DNA of 64,000 nucleotides from Octopus vulgaris (taxonomy: Eukaryota). The position numbers and the translations under genes were made by a program. The stretch's first letter is position 1. Every line of letters begins with the position of its first letter. Shown here piece after piece: positions 1-14,044 of this stretch. The notes beneath the pieces are model-generated. The model did no database searches and was not told where the DNA came from. It saw nothing but the letters and a program-made list of their open reading frames with translations. Location: the NCBI GenBank assembly GCA_951406725.2, contig OX597832.1, positions 65,038,001 through 65,102,000 on the forward strand, in the 5' to 3' direction.

Positions 1-986
1 AAAGTGCTTCGCGACAAACAGAGCCCAACAGGATGTGTTTGAGGGAATACGATCCAGCTAAGCCAAAGTCAGAAGTGGTCTCCCGCAAGGTACTGTGTTG
101 GGCCCGTTCCTCTTCATTATTTACATCAATGACATAGGAGATGTCATCAGACATTTTACATTGAAAATCTTTGTAGATGATTCCAAACTTCAGAAATCCA
201 TAACCGGCATGGGAGACGGAACATGCCTTCAGTCATATCTGTTTGCTATTGTGCAATGGGCGGTAAATATGCTTTTAAATGAAGATAAGTTTGATTTGAT
301 CCACTTTGGAAAAGAGGGAACTCTGAAATTACCATACGCGCTTCCCTTGAGCAACTCCCTAGTGTCATCCAACAACACAAGAGACCTTGGAGTAATTGTT
401 GATAACAATCTAAGCTGGAGTTCCCACATAAACAGCAAGGTTGACTTGGCCCGCAAGATATGCTCCTGGATTCGGAGAACTTTTCAGTCTAGAGATGCCT
501 GCACCATCATCCATCTGTACCCTAATTTTGCCCGATTCCTCCTTGAATACTGTTGCCCACTGTGGTCTCCCCATACGAAGCAACTCATTCTGAAAGTAGA
601 AGCACTCCAGAGGTCAATAACAAGAAATATAGACAGCATGAGAGACATTGATTATTGGAGTCGGCTAAAAAAACTCAATTTCTGCTCTCTTCAACGTCGC
701 CGGGAGCAGTACATCATGTATGTTAAGTGGAAAATATTCCATCAATATTGCACAAATGATGCTGACATCAGTTTTAAAATCCATTGGTCCCCGTGCTATC
801 CGCCCTCTACAAAAATCGAACTCGGTACACATAGTAACATTATGTCACAATTATTTTACTTCGACCGGACAAGCTCTCTTTAATACCATACCAAAATACG
901 TCAAAACGGAAACGGGTCTCATAAAATTCAAATGTTCACTGGACAAATTTCTTCAAAAAATCTTATTAAAATTCATGTCCGGCTAA
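1..986 (+). mobile_element. CR1-group non-LTR retrotransposon, RT C-terminal half, degenerate (frameshift near 780)
   Basis: SGLPQGTVLGPFLFIIYINDI, FVDDSKL (YADD box variant), RDLGVIVDNNLSW, LEYCCPLWSPH and LQRRRE are present. The C-terminus continues in ORF 720-986 (GQALFNTIP...LDKFLQKI). Confidence 0.9.
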
Positions 987-1008
987 TCGTTGAGTGGACG
1001 TTGGTGAT

Positions 1009-1140
1009 GCCTTGGCAGAGGTTTGAACTCTCTGAGTGCTCTTGTTACCTCCACCTTAGCGAAGACGAAGGTATTGTTTTCAGTTGTGTTTGTCCATGGT
1101 CAATATAACCCAAGAACCACTGAATTGATCCGGATGAAAC
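1009..1140 (+). mobile_element. Helentron-associated (HINE/DINE-like) element, tail-to-head junction
   Basis: ccttggcagaggtttgaactctctgagtgctcttgtt (tail-like) is followed directly by acctccacc...gaaggtattgttttc...gtttgt (head-like). The short subterminal inverted repeat is ggcagaggt/acctccacc. Confidence 0.4.
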
Positions 1141-2224
1141 GGGGCTGCTGATACTTGATGCTAACATGGAAAAACTTTGGCGGGAAGTTCTCCATGAATT
1201 CCATCAGTATTTTACCAATAATAAAAACGCCATATATATTCAATTCAATTCTTGAAAATGAATGTGTGAAGTCTAGAAACGTCGGATTTGGATTTAATCA
1301 CCCCTGTCTTCTAAGCCAATTATAACATATTGATAAATAAAAACTGAAAACTCTAAACTGAAAAAGAGAAAATCACTTGAACAAACAGCATATTTGTGTG
1401 TGTGCGTGCGTGCGTTCGTGTGCGTATGTATATCTGACCAAAAACTACTTACTCATTTCGTCTTTTATTCGCAATTTATAATACACCAAATTTCATTAAT
1501 ATGTAAGTTTTATCTAAAAGACTGGTTTACCTTTTCTGAATGTGTTTATTGATTTATGTGCAGGAATAAATGAATTAGATAAGGGAATCTGTTTGCGTTA
1601 ACTTGAATCTTTTGCACTGAGTGATCGGTCATATATCGTGGTACAGATTTAAATTCTGTTCTTGTTATTCAGTCGCTTTGGTGTGTAAGTTTCGATGACA
1701 TCTACCAGTTTAATATGAACAATAGTTCAAAACAGCACTGAAACAATTTGTGATCGAATGAAGAAAGTATTGAATAGAAATGCAGAAAGCCCTGGCTTTA
1801 TAGGTTTGTCTACCATTTTAAAGGGTCGTAAAACTGGAGTAAAGAGGTTGAAATTAAACTCATGTTTAATGACGACATATGAATTAAGCTGTTTACAACT
1901 TAAGCTATTTTCATTTGTCACCCATCAAGTTTAAGTTATTAGCCGAAGTATACACTTGAGAAGTCCAAGAAGCAGGTATGTTAACAAAGATTCATCAATA
2001 GACTATCATCATCATCACAGTCATCATCCGGCGGTGTGGCTCACCCTGACCAGTTAGTCTTATTGATCTTTCGATAATTGGATGTCTTATCTGTCCATGG
2101 CATGATTATAGATAACAACAGTAGCTCAGTATCTGAACTGGTTGATCCTGGTCGTAGATAATTATCGCTATGGGCTCTGTGTGGGCAGTCATCTAAAAGT
2201 TTTTGTTCATCTTGATGCTGACAT

Positions 2225-2329
2225 AAGTTCCTTGTTTTTCCTGGTGAGAAGGTGGCATAATGCACCACTTATTCCTTCGAAGTTAGGAATATTCAGCCTT
2301 CGAAACATATGTCGAGAATAAAGGAATTT
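2225..2329 (+). ncRNA. Type I hammerhead ribozyme motif with core substitution (CUGGUGA)
   Basis: Stem I is aagttccttgtttttc/gagaataaaggaattt, the core is CTGGTGA at 2241-2247, stem II closes gaagg/ccttc, and stem III reads GAAA-C-atat-GTC (site after 2313). Confidence 0.7.
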
Positions 2330-2515
2330 TGTTAAATCGTCGTTCAACTCCATTCTTTCATTTATTTGTATTCAAAAAAACACACAAATTTCCACACGAA
2401 AGCACGTGATCTCTGCCCTTGGCATGTAGCTTCAACCGTGTTTTTCTGACGTGAATTTGCTACCCAGGTATCGGTTAACCGAATTATCCATAATAAGATA
2501 ATTCATTCAACTACT

Positions 2516-2576
<61 letters not shown>

Positions 2577-2589
2577 TATATATATATAC

Positions 2590-2935
2590 GTGGTTCCGGG
2601 TTCAGTCCTACTGCGTGGCACCTTGGGCAAGTGTCTTCTACTATAGCTTCGGGCCGACCAAAGCCTTGTGAGTGGATTTGGTAGACGGAAACTGAAAGAA
2701 GCCCGTCGTATATATCTATATATATGTATGTGCGTGTATGTTTGTGTGTCTGTATTTGTCATCCTAACATTGCTTGACAACCGATGCTGGTGTGTTTATG
2801 TCCCCGTCACTTAGCACTTTGGCAAAAGAGACCGATATAATAAGTACTGAGCTTACAAAGAATAAATCTCGGGGTTGAGTTTCTCGATTAAAGGCTGTGC
2901 TCCTGCATGGCCGCAGTCAAAGTGACTGAAACAAG

Positions 2936-2940
<5 letters not shown>
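2590..2940 (+). mobile_element. tRNA-derived CORE-like SINE (family A), 5'-truncated
   Basis: B box ggttcagtcc, CORE-like gtggcaccttgggcaagtgtc, internal microsatellite and 3' module ending gactgaaacaagtaaa. About 12 copies are in the window. Confidence 0.85.
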
Positions 2941-2982
<42 letters not shown>

Positions 2983-3028
2983 TTGTATATCTATCTATCT
3001 ATCTATCTATCAATCTATCTATCTATCA

Positions 3029-3074
<46 letters not shown>

Positions 3075-3119
3075 TTAAATGTATTTATGTATGTATATGT
3101 TTATTTGTATGTGTTTGTT

Positions 3120-3317
3120 CCCCCGCCATCACTTGACAACTGATGCTGGTTTGTTTACATCCCGGTAACTTATCGGTTCGGCAAAATAGCCCGCTAGAAT
3201 AAGTACTAGGCATACAAAGAATAAGTCCTGGGGTGGATCTGTTCGACTAAAGGCGGTGCTCCAGCATGACTTCAGTCAAATGACTGAAACAAATAAAAGC
3301 ATAAAAGAATAAAAGAA
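3120..3317 (+). mobile_element. SINE family A, 3' module
   Basis: cttgacaactgatgctgg...gactaaaggcggtgctccagcatg...gactgaaacaaataaaag matches the other copies. Confidence 0.85.
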
Positions 3318-4829
3318 TATATACATACACACACATATACATGTATATATACATATTTGTACGAATATATATATATATACTCAATTCCAGTAACACACAC
3401 ACTCGTGTATCTAGAGACGTGTGTTTATGTGGATGAATTTTAAACTATAGTTCTTCACAAATAGTTTGATGCTAATAATACATATTACTCAATATGCTGA
3501 AAAATATAGTTATTGATTACTATATTTTACTTAAATATCACTAGTGGCTTATGACTTAGTTTCATGCCGACGAAGTAATTGTCTGCCGAATAATGAAAAA
3601 AAGAATCTAATTGAAATAAATGCTATTACGTAGAGTTTGCGATTGATGTAACTTGTTGTAAACATCCTGTTATATATTGTAGGAAAAAATATTTCGATGT
3701 ATTTTGAGCGGACATTTTTACTGAGGTAGCATTGCATCAATAACATTTTGTGTCGATGTTAATGTAATGTAAACATCTTTTTGACTAAGTGGTAACACTC
3801 CCAGATAAATCTTGAACGAAACGTTATATAATATGTTTCATATAATGGACGGGGAAGTAGAAAATACTTTAGCAAAGAGACGTAAGCTGTATACCTTGGA
3901 AAGACGACGGATGGAGCAGAGAAAGTAATCCGAGTCTAGTAAAACAATATAGATTCAGCACAGTTGGGGAGCTTATACTGTTCCTAGCTTCTAATGGTGA
4001 TGCCGAGTGAGTAACTAAGCTACAGGTATTCTCATTGACCATCACTGCGATATGGTTCGGATGGAAGGAGGAATATTGTTCCGAATGTGTCGAAATTATT
4101 ATATCGTCCAGTCATCATCTGATAAAGGTAATATTTTGCAGTGGAATTCGTATGTAAGATATTTTTACTTAAGTATACCGACAATAACATACAGGGAAAC
4201 ATGAACAGAAAAGTAAAAATGTAGACACAAACAGTACATATTTCAAACTGGTATACTTTCATATACAGACGATACCGAGTTGCTAATACCTAACAAGTCG
4301 AAACTGAACTTAAAGGATTAATATGGGAAAATATGAAAAAGTTTTATTAAATAACTAACTACTAAATGTTTGTTTAAAATGTGCTTAAATTAAGGGCTGT
4401 ATGCCTATTTACAATTACGTGTGTGATTGTGTGTATCTCTATAGAAATATGTGTGAACACATCGTATCCGCAGCCAAGCGTCAGAGTCGAGTCTAATCTA
4501 ATTCTATATTTTCACTAAAAATAAAGTTAAAATATTTACAAAAATTCTTTTATCAGACTTCCATTTCAGTGAATTCGTGTATCTTTTCAATAGATGTGTG
4601 CGAGTGTTCCATAAATGCCTCTGGTGTTGATACAGCTGTGTTTTGTTTGAAGTATAAAAATAAAAATATGAGGAAGATTAATCTATCAGTAACGTAGTTA
4701 GTGACTCAACTATTGCGGGAGAAGGGAAGGGCGAACGTTATCGGGAAAAATATGGTAGAAAATATGATAGAATGGAACTAAAGTAGAAAGGTTAGAAGGT
4801 AAAATGAAAAAATATCAGCTGTCTCTGCT

Positions 4830-5420
4830 TTGGTAAGGTCAGGTGAAGGATGAGTTTTTCAATTGCGTAAAACGTACTTTCCTAAATATCTGCATTTCTG
4901 CATACTTCTGAGCTGGTGTAGCAGTTTTTGATATGAAGGCCGTGACAAGTTTGCCTTTTCTATTGTGCACACAGATTTTGCTTTGGATTATGTAGAATCC
5001 GTCTTTCTACGATTCTCCTCTTGTTTCTGTTGTACGATTCATTTACTTGCAGGATATATATGCAGCTGGACAATTTTGAGATGTTCTTTTGAAATATAAA
5101 TGTGCGACTATAAAATCTTTTTAAAACTTCTCTTCTAACATGTCTATTTTATGCATACATATTATATCTTGGTTGGATTCAATAGAAATAACAACTGCCT
5201 CATAAAAGATTCACTCTACGTTACAGAATATGCTTAGTGGACACGAATTTATTTCCCGCTAATGTGTATGCCTTCAGTTGTGTTAAAGCAGTATATTGTT
5301 CACGTTTGGGTTGAAAAGTTTTCTTAGTGAAACAATCCTATAATGTTATATACATTCTCGCTCTCACACGATTCAATATTTATTTCGAAGAAACCTGTTC
5401 AGCTCACTCCCACAAATAAA
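4830..5420 (-). pseudogene. Possible highly decayed L1/Tx1 RT relic
   Basis: Minus-strand peptides EGIHISGK*IRV..AYS (cf. GI.I.G..IK...YADD) and KCRYLGK occur in the expected order, with many stops. Confidence 0.3.
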
Positions 5421-6459
5421 TCGATTGCACATACTCATGCGAGAATCATGATGCAAACCGAAAGGCAAATCCCGATACACCACGGTAATATTTTGTGAGG
5501 CAGAATTAACCGCAATAAAATGCAGCTTCGGAGTCTCATGAAAATGTTATATAGGTACGATAGACAGAAAGTGTAAACAAAGATTATATAATCCTACATC
5601 TTTCAGGCAGAAAAACAAACAAAATTTGCCTGCTGCATATGGAGAGTGTAAAATGCTTTAGCATGAAATATTTAGTGGAAAACAATTGAAAGATCCAAAC
5701 TATGTATAATTCGATGCAAAAGTAGTGGTGTCTAAAGAAAAAAAGAAGAAAATTTTGAAAATAATTTAGTAGCCAAAACCCTTATTTAAACACTTCATTT
5801 AGAACACCTACTGTGCAAAGAAGAAACAACCCACTTCGTCAATGTAAAATCCTACGAATTCACAAACATGAAATATCGTTTCTCTATCAATTTGCTTCAA
5901 ATTTCCACTTTACTTTTTCACATTTCCTTTATTCCTTTCTTGCTCATATTTTTACCCTAGAATATCAATCTATATTTTACAATATCATAAATACTGTTAC
6001 GATTTCAAACGATTTTATGTTCTAGTATCTCTTCTAACTCCAGTTCCTTAATTCCACATTACATCTATGTCTGCCGTAGATTATAAACAAATGAAGTTCT
6101 TTCCACTTTCTCCAAAATCACAACTTCTGTGTGAAAGGTTGTCAACTTAGGCAAGATCAAAATCATCAAAAATCATTTCCAAATATTGGACACAATTTCC
6201 TATCGGCATGTGGCAATAAACAAGCGTAGAATGAATAGTTGACAAAGAAACGCAAGGTATCCCTCTTGGTATGTTCACTTGCGATGAATTTTCAATAAGA
6301 ATGCATTGCTGTGCACGACATTATCGAGTGTTACATAATTTTTGAGTACGGATATTATGCTATTTAGCAAGCATGGTATGCTATACATTCCTGCAAACAT
6401 AGATACATAGATACATAATACATACATACATACATACATACATACATACATACATACAT

Positions 6460-7143
6460 GGTGGTTTCCCCCTCGTTATCGAGTATGGCCATTGCGCGAA
6501 GCTTAATCAATGTTGTTATCGTGAAATGCCTGTGCAAGAAGATTTTTTTAAAGTGAGGAAAGGCTGTGCAGTGAGTCAATCCCACTCACTAAGCAACAGC
6601 AGCCATAATCCGAAAAGAAGAACAAGTCAACATCATCGGTAACCACTGAGCCGCAGGTTTTATGTCGCAGTTATCCCAGTTACCTGAGTTACCTTCTCCT
6701 ACAAGGATGCCCTAACAAAGGCTAGGAGTCCTTCACTCCCAATGGTTTAACCGCGCGATCGGGTATTCAGTCCCATTATTTCTATGTTCCCGCGCATGAT
6801 ACAGGCTTAAGACATTTATTGGATGGCCGTAGACTATCAAGAGTTCCTCCGCCCTTTGACGGGTTTTGTTTTTCATCCCGCAGGGTGTCCAATAAACACC
6901 GCTCATCTTCGTGCACCTCAGGAATAGTTACCTGATTAGCACCACCAACCAAACAATTTTATAGAGAAATGCACTTCATAAAGTTTTCTTTAGAGTAAAA
7001 TATCTCGTGAGACACATGCTCATTAAACCATCGAATACACCGTATCTATCCTCTGATCATGCCGGTTTAGCCGCCGACGACCCGACCATGCAACAGGTTG
7101 TACTGGGTTACATGTTACCAGTAGCGCTCGAAAGTGACCTGAC
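6460..7143 (-). mobile_element. Non-autonomous interspersed repeat (RTE-like UTR), interrupted by a 162-bp duplicated segment
   Basis: GC-richer block bounded by (CATA)n on both sides. gagttaccttctcctacaagg resembles an RTE 5' UTR motif (from memory). Positions 6899-7060 match 10833-10994. Confidence 0.45.
6899..7060 (+). repeat. 162-bp direct duplication of 10833-10994
   Basis: Both copies run from ccgctcatcttcgtgcacc to ctatcctctgatcat, with 3 substitutions counted. Confidence 0.95.
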
Positions 7144-7166
7144 ATACATACATTCATACATACATA

Positions 7167-7510
7167 GAGAACATTTATGGAGAATTATTATGGAACTTAC
7201 AGCTCTTGTACCCTGACTATAAATTCTTTTTTGTACTTACCATCACAAGTGCATTAGGTTGTGTACCAACGAATTGGCACAAAATCCTAGAAAACACCGG
7301 TTTCACGGCAAAAGAAATTGACGCGGAATTTAATGGTAGTACTGTGAAGATTTGTGACGCATTGTGTATGCATGGACAGTTCAACCAAGAGACCATTTCA
7401 ACCACATATATACAAACACCAAGAACTCTATTAACAGAAAAACACTTGTCCTTTGTTGGCAACTGGTTTGAATTCTCCCATGAACTTAAATTAAGCTCAA
7501 GGAAAAATCA
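7167..7510 (+). mobile_element. 3' end of an RLE-type (R4/Dong-like) non-LTR element, within (CATA)n
   Basis: ENIYGELLWNLQLLYPDYKFFFVLTITSALGCVP...LENTGF..KEI resembles the C-terminus of the restriction-like endonuclease (Y..L...L...PI.IGALG.VP). Confidence 0.6.
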
Positions 7511-7544
7511 TACATACATACATTCATATATATGCGATGATATA

Positions 7545-7940
7545 TATTTGGAAGATCTTAGAGGGATTAGCCCCCAGTTTTGGAATTGATAGCTATACCA
7601 TTCCTCATAAGGAACGGCACTGCATCATACCAAAGATACCGTCTAAAATAAGGACACAGTACTGAGTTTCAAGGGCCGGCAATTGTTCAAACTCTTGCCA
7701 GGCAACCTTAGATATCTAAATGGTGTTGATGTGGAAGTTTTCATGGAATGTCTGGACAGGTTTCTATTTAAGATACCAGATGAACCCACATCGAGCCAGG
7801 AAGCAAAAAGAAGAAGAACAGCTCCGTCCAACTCGCTACTTCACCAAAAACAATATCGGAAACAACACCGAGTATCTACTGGTGGTGCAGCACCATGACC
7901 TCAGCCCTGGGCTGAAACCAGTAAAATATAAAAAATAAAC
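7545..7940 (+). mobile_element. CR1-group LINE 3' fragment
   Basis: SFKGRQLFKLLP...LDRFLFKIPDEP...SNSL resembles the C-termini at 720-986 and 37392. The 3' end reads ggtggtgc...gctgaaacc and then an A-rich tail. Confidence 0.75.
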
Positions 7941-8207
7941 CATACATACATATGAAAAGAGAAAACTGGAAAACTTTTTTGGTGTTATTTATTCTGTATT
8001 ATGTGTTTCTTCTTTAATGAGTAGTTAATTTATAATAAGAATTCTCCAATATTTAAAAGTATTTAACAATATTGTGTTAAATATACTTTGGTACACTGGA
8101 TTATGCTGATGTGCTTCATGAGAACACTGGTTGGATTATAACCCTATCTACATCCATTCATACATATACATATTTTAGTATATATATATATATGTATATA
8201 TGTATAA

Positions 8208-8243
<36 letters not shown>

Positions 8244-8262
8244 GTAAATATATATATATATG

Positions 8263-8307
<45 letters not shown>

Positions 8308-8487
8308 ATAAATATTGAGACACATATATGTATGTATATCCTTGTACACCCAGACACTCTACACTACAGACATATTCATATATAAATATACATGATATAA
8401 GTGGGACATTTTGACAGATAAATTGTAAAGTATGTAGACAATCAGAAAAAGTGTGTGGAGGAAAGAGACGAAGACAGGGAGAGGAAA

Positions 8488-8524
<37 letters not shown>

Positions 8525-9975
8525 GGGATGATGGAGAGACAAGCAGATTGATAGATTTAAGATGCAATATACTACCTGTACATTTCGCTATAACAAACTA
8601 AATTGAAAAGTAACAGCCAGGAATTTTAATAAACACTGACAGTCGTAAAGATCTTCTAGTCTAAGAGTTGTCATTAATTCTGGCCTTATGGAAAGATATT
8701 GTTCTATTGTTCACTGATATAGGAAATACCAATAGCCTGCTGGCAAATTTTGGGACGAACTGACCTTTACAGGTCATTGAAAATTTCTGCTTCCAGGAAA
8801 GATTTACAATGAGTGGCGAATGTGTAAGACTGTTGCAATATTTGAGATTTGGTCAGGAGAAAGAGAGAAGGGAAAAGGGAAGTGGAAGTAATTGAGAAAT
8901 GAGATAGAGTAATAGAGAAAGAAGGAGAAAGAGAGATAGAGAGAGAGAGAAAGTTTATGGGAGTGACGAACTGACTATATATATATATATATATATATAT
9001 ATCTATATATATATATATGAGAAAGATTAGCAGAGAGTTTAAGACAGTATAATAAATATGAAATGCCATTAAGAGAGTGAGAATAAAATATAGATGCGCG
9101 CTCGGACAGACAGACAGACAGATACACACACACACACACAGAAGCACACACAGAGACACACTCACACACACACATACACTCAGAGTGAGTGAGAGAGACA
9201 GTGTTAGAGAGAGTGTGTGAGGGAGAGCACGAGAGAAAGCTACAGATGTCTATAGATATATACATAAACACACACACACATACATACATATACACATACA
9301 TGCACACACATACATAGATATCAATGTTACACACATGTATTATATACACATATGCATACATATATATGTGTGTGTGTGTGTGTGTGTGCGTGTATGCATG
9401 TATGTGCGAACACGCCAGAGAGATTTATATGAGATTGTGATTATGTGAACAAACATATTGGATATAAAGAATATCGCCGTACAAAACATAAGTTTTCTGA
9501 GAAAGCCGAGATGGCAGCAAGGTTTCAATTTCCGGCTGATGATGCTTTATAACATTCCAGTTTATATACTGTAGACTATTTTAAAACACTGTATTTTTCA
9601 GATTTCTTCCGTTATCCTATGGCATATTTGTGGCCTGGGAAAAACTCTACACGTATAGAGTACATTATTCTCATGTTGGGTTTCCTTGCATGTTGATCAT
9701 GACGGCCTGGTATATAAATTTACGTAAGATTAATATTTCCGCTAGAAGCATGTATCTATGTACATGCAAATCATATAATACCTGCGTGCATTTCTTAGAT
9801 ACCTTGGTTTATTTTTCACCGTTTCTCACGTGCTATTTTGCGTTTAATTAATTCAATATTTTATAATGCATATGTATCATTTATACAGATATTTATATGT
9901 GTTTGTTTTATCTCTCTCTTTCTCGCTCTCGCTCTCTATATATTTATACACACACGTCTGTGTGTATATTTATAT

Positions 9976-10050
<75 letters not shown>

Positions 10051-11460
10051 CATTTATTAATATCTATCTTCACACAGCCTGGGCGGAAAATCTATAGATA
10101 TATTCAATAGTGCATCGTAGCATCACGTCAAATAAAAATAAATTGGAGAGCGCTTCTGAGTAAGAATGTGAGCAAAAGACGCCGAGGAAATTTCAAATTA
10201 AATTGGCTTATATAATGTAAACTTAATTCATATTAGCTTCAGTTTTATTAACTGTGGCCTTGAGAGTGAAAATAGCTTACTCATAATCTCCATAAATACT
10301 AACACACTACAGGCAGACACATTTAATTCAGGAAATAGCTGAATCTATTTACCGAATTCGGCAACAACTTTCTAAATAAACGTTTTAAAATAGTTAAAAT
10401 TTAAATCTAAGCATTAATTGTAATAACAAAATACCGCAATAGTAACGTATCTATTCATTCCCAATATGTTCTTGCAGATTTGGGCGTGGATACCGGACAA
10501 CTTTTGTTTGTCATCGTTGGAGACTATCTCCCCTATGTAGAAGATGCGTGTTCATAATACACCCATCTCTGGGGTTTAGGAGGACTCTGAGATATCACGG
10601 TGTTTCGACCTTATTTTGTGTCTCCTCGGTGCAAGCTAGATCCAACGCATGAGTTTAATTTAGTACAGGCTCTTGTTTAGAGAAATCAGCAAACAAATTG
10701 TTTGCTGATTCATGCTGATATCAGCCAAACAGGTAAAGCATGAATAAGAGCGAGAATCCAAGTGGTAATGTACTTATTGCTCTCAACCTGTTCTGGCACA
10801 TTCGAACGTAAATATCTGGTCGCTGTTTTTTTCCGCTCATCTTCGTGCACCTCAGGAATAGTTACCTGATTAGCACCACCAACCAAACAATTTTATAGAG
10901 AAATGCACTTAATAAAGTTTTCTTTAGAGTAAAATATATCGTGAGACACATGCTCATTAAACCAGCGAATACACCGTATCTATCCTCTGATCATATGTTC
11001 ACTGCATACATTGAAATGTGTTCATAATTTCTGATGCACTCCTGACTCTGTTTCTGAGAATGGATAGGGTATGTCGCATTCTTAAATGCGTCGAAGTATC
11101 ATCAAAGTAAAGGCAAAGAAAGAAGGAATTTACAGTTTTGTTTCATTTCTTCACACAGCTCTCAGTGAGATTGATATATAACAATAGGAGTAAAATTAGT
11201 GTTACAATTTGTAAACAATTTTATGAGCAGACTTGATATTCTCAAAGATAAGTTTGAGAGCGTGAATGGCCGTTACATCTGAAAATAATCAGAATGTATA
11301 TCGGCTCCTGCGATGGTGAGAGGTATTCAAATTCATTTGCTTCTGGGTTTGTTTACGATGTTGCTCTTAAAATGTTGTTTAACTTTTCATAACGGTAAGT
11401 CAAGATTTCAATTTCTTAATTATTCGTGTTATGGTACACAAACACACACACACGCACACA

Positions 11461-11513
<53 letters not shown>

Positions 11514-12329
11514 ATACACACACATACACACACACACACGCACATACATATGTATGTGTGTATGTTTAAGCATGTACATGTAATATATATGTTGTACAAC
11601 AAAATCTCTTGATCTATTACACTTTTCTCCGCCTCTAGAGGATGTATTATAATTACCGAATGGCAATTAAAATCAGTGCTACTTGAGGAAGGGCGATAAT
11701 TTTAGGAATCACCATTTCTCCAAAACTTACTAATCGTGATAAAAATATAGTTTCTAATAACGGCTCGATTTAATCATTGGGGAAAAGGACAGTCTTTTGG
11801 CCTGGAGATATGAGTGTTTCCGGCTCAGTTGCTTTCATCAATACATCAGTTGCCCGTCCTTATCTCCAGGAGTCAAAACTATGTAGTAAAGAACTATAAC
11901 CCAGGTAATCTGCATAATTTACATATAACTGAGAGTTGCCAGTGGCATATATTTGTATAACTTGTTAGTTGACATTGCGGTATATCTCTATGTTATTCAA
12001 ATACATGTCTCTCGTCCCTTCGAGCTATATTTCTTCGCAAATTCATATATATATCTATCTGTTTATCTATCTATATATCTCTCTGTCTGTCTGTTTGTCT
12101 GTCATTCGATAGATATGTACAGGAATTAGATTAGAAATGGTTTTCGGATATTTGCGTAAATATCGGTGTTTATTAAATAGTAATAAAGTAATTTTCCGTC
12201 AGCTTTTGGTCTTCCCTTTCATAAACTCATGAAGATTTTCAGCAATACAATTTCCTGTGGACATTTGTTGTGTCTAAAAAGCTGCATTAAACTGATTTTA
12301 TGTCCTTTGTTTTCTTAGTTCTGCATATA

Positions 12330-12480
12330 GGCACATGGCTGTGTGGTTTAAAGAGGTCGTTTTGCAATCTTGTACTTTCGACTTCATTTCTACTGTGTGA
12401 CACTGTGGCCAAGCGTCTTGTACTACAACCTAGGGCCAAGGAATTTTGTAGCTGAAAACTATGGGGAAACCGTCGTCCAA

Positions 12481-12539
<59 letters not shown>

Positions 12540-12579
12540 ATCTATCAATTCATCTGTGTGTGCGTGTGTGTGTGAGTGC

Positions 12580-12621
<42 letters not shown>

Positions 12622-12810
12622 TTCTGTTTTTCTACATCTCTACTGCGTTGGCAATCGGTTATGATTTGTTTGCATTCCTGTAACTTAGCGGTTCAGCACA
12701 GCAGACGACAGAATATGTACAAGGCTTAAATATATAAATACTGCGGTTGATCTGTTCGGTTAAGACTCTTCAAATCGCTGCTCTCGTGAAGATGCAACCC
12801 AATGATTGAA
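12330..12810 (+). mobile_element. Decayed SINE family A with internal (TATC)n/(TG)n
   Basis: tggctgtgtggt A box, caagcgtcttgtactacaacc and gtaacttagcggttcagca. Confidence 0.65.
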
Positions 12811-13201
12811 TCATATAAAATGTTTAAAAGAAAAAAAAAAAGAAACAGAAAGTAAGAAAAAAGAAAAACGAAGAGAGAATTGAAAAGTCCTCCTCTTACC
12901 TCTTCACAGAAACAGATATTGCGAATAGATATTAAATAAAATCTACGTTTGCACTTAATATAAGATGAGAAGAGAAAGTTTGAGAGCAGATTCAATGTCA
13001 GAGCACAAATAATAGGAATTTAGATTCTGTTGATTGATTTGAGTCTATGGAGAATATTTCTAAGTCGAATTCTTCTAGGCATTGTTTTTGAAATTTATTG
13101 TAAAATTCTAAAACTCTATTCAATTACTTATAATTTAATAATCACAAAGGTAAATCTAAATTTAATTTCAAAAGTATCTTCGGCAAGGTATTTGATCATT
13201 A

Positions 13202-13299
<98 letters not shown>

Positions 13300-13406
13300 C
13301 TATCTATCTATCAATCTATTTGCCTATCTATTTCTAAGTATGTATGTATATATATATATATATATATACATAAACATATACATAACGTTATATACATATA
13401 TATGTA

Positions 13407-13512
<106 letters not shown>

Positions 13513-14044
13513 TCTATCGGTGTATGTATGTATGTATGTATCGATATATTGTTTTTATTTATTCACATACATTCATACATTCTATATAAATGCACCTCTA
13601 AAAACAAATAGAGTCCCGCACACATACATATACATGCACGCTTTTCTACATTTGTACGTATATTTGTACTGGGTTCAAAACTTTACTCATTTCATATATA
13701 TAAAATTTTGCAGTCAAATAAACAGGCAAATAAAAAACAAACTCATTTCGAATGAACATGGGCACATAGTCATCAGATACTTTAGCATGGGGTTAAGTGA
13801 ATGGTTCGAAGATGGAAGAATGAGGAAAAATTGGGGGAAGAAAAAAAAAAATAAATAAACCGTTACAATTTTATATTGTAATATCTGCAAAAATTATTTC
13901 CAGTTGCTGAAGAAATTTCAAGAAATTGTACACGAATGGTGCTAATATAATGTATTCAGTTATGATCCGGCAATGAAACGTAATAGAGTGTTCTGATACA
14001 TTTATGTTACTATGACTATAGGTGCTGTATATATAAATATAGAG

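Noticed and set aside
9530-9560. CTGATGA core at about 9536
   Set aside because: No matching stem II/GAAA/NUH half was found downstream.
10592-10633. Minus-strand CCGAGGA-gac...gtc-GAAAC
   Set aside because: The triplet would be GUG and stem I does not form, so it is at best a very decayed HHR.
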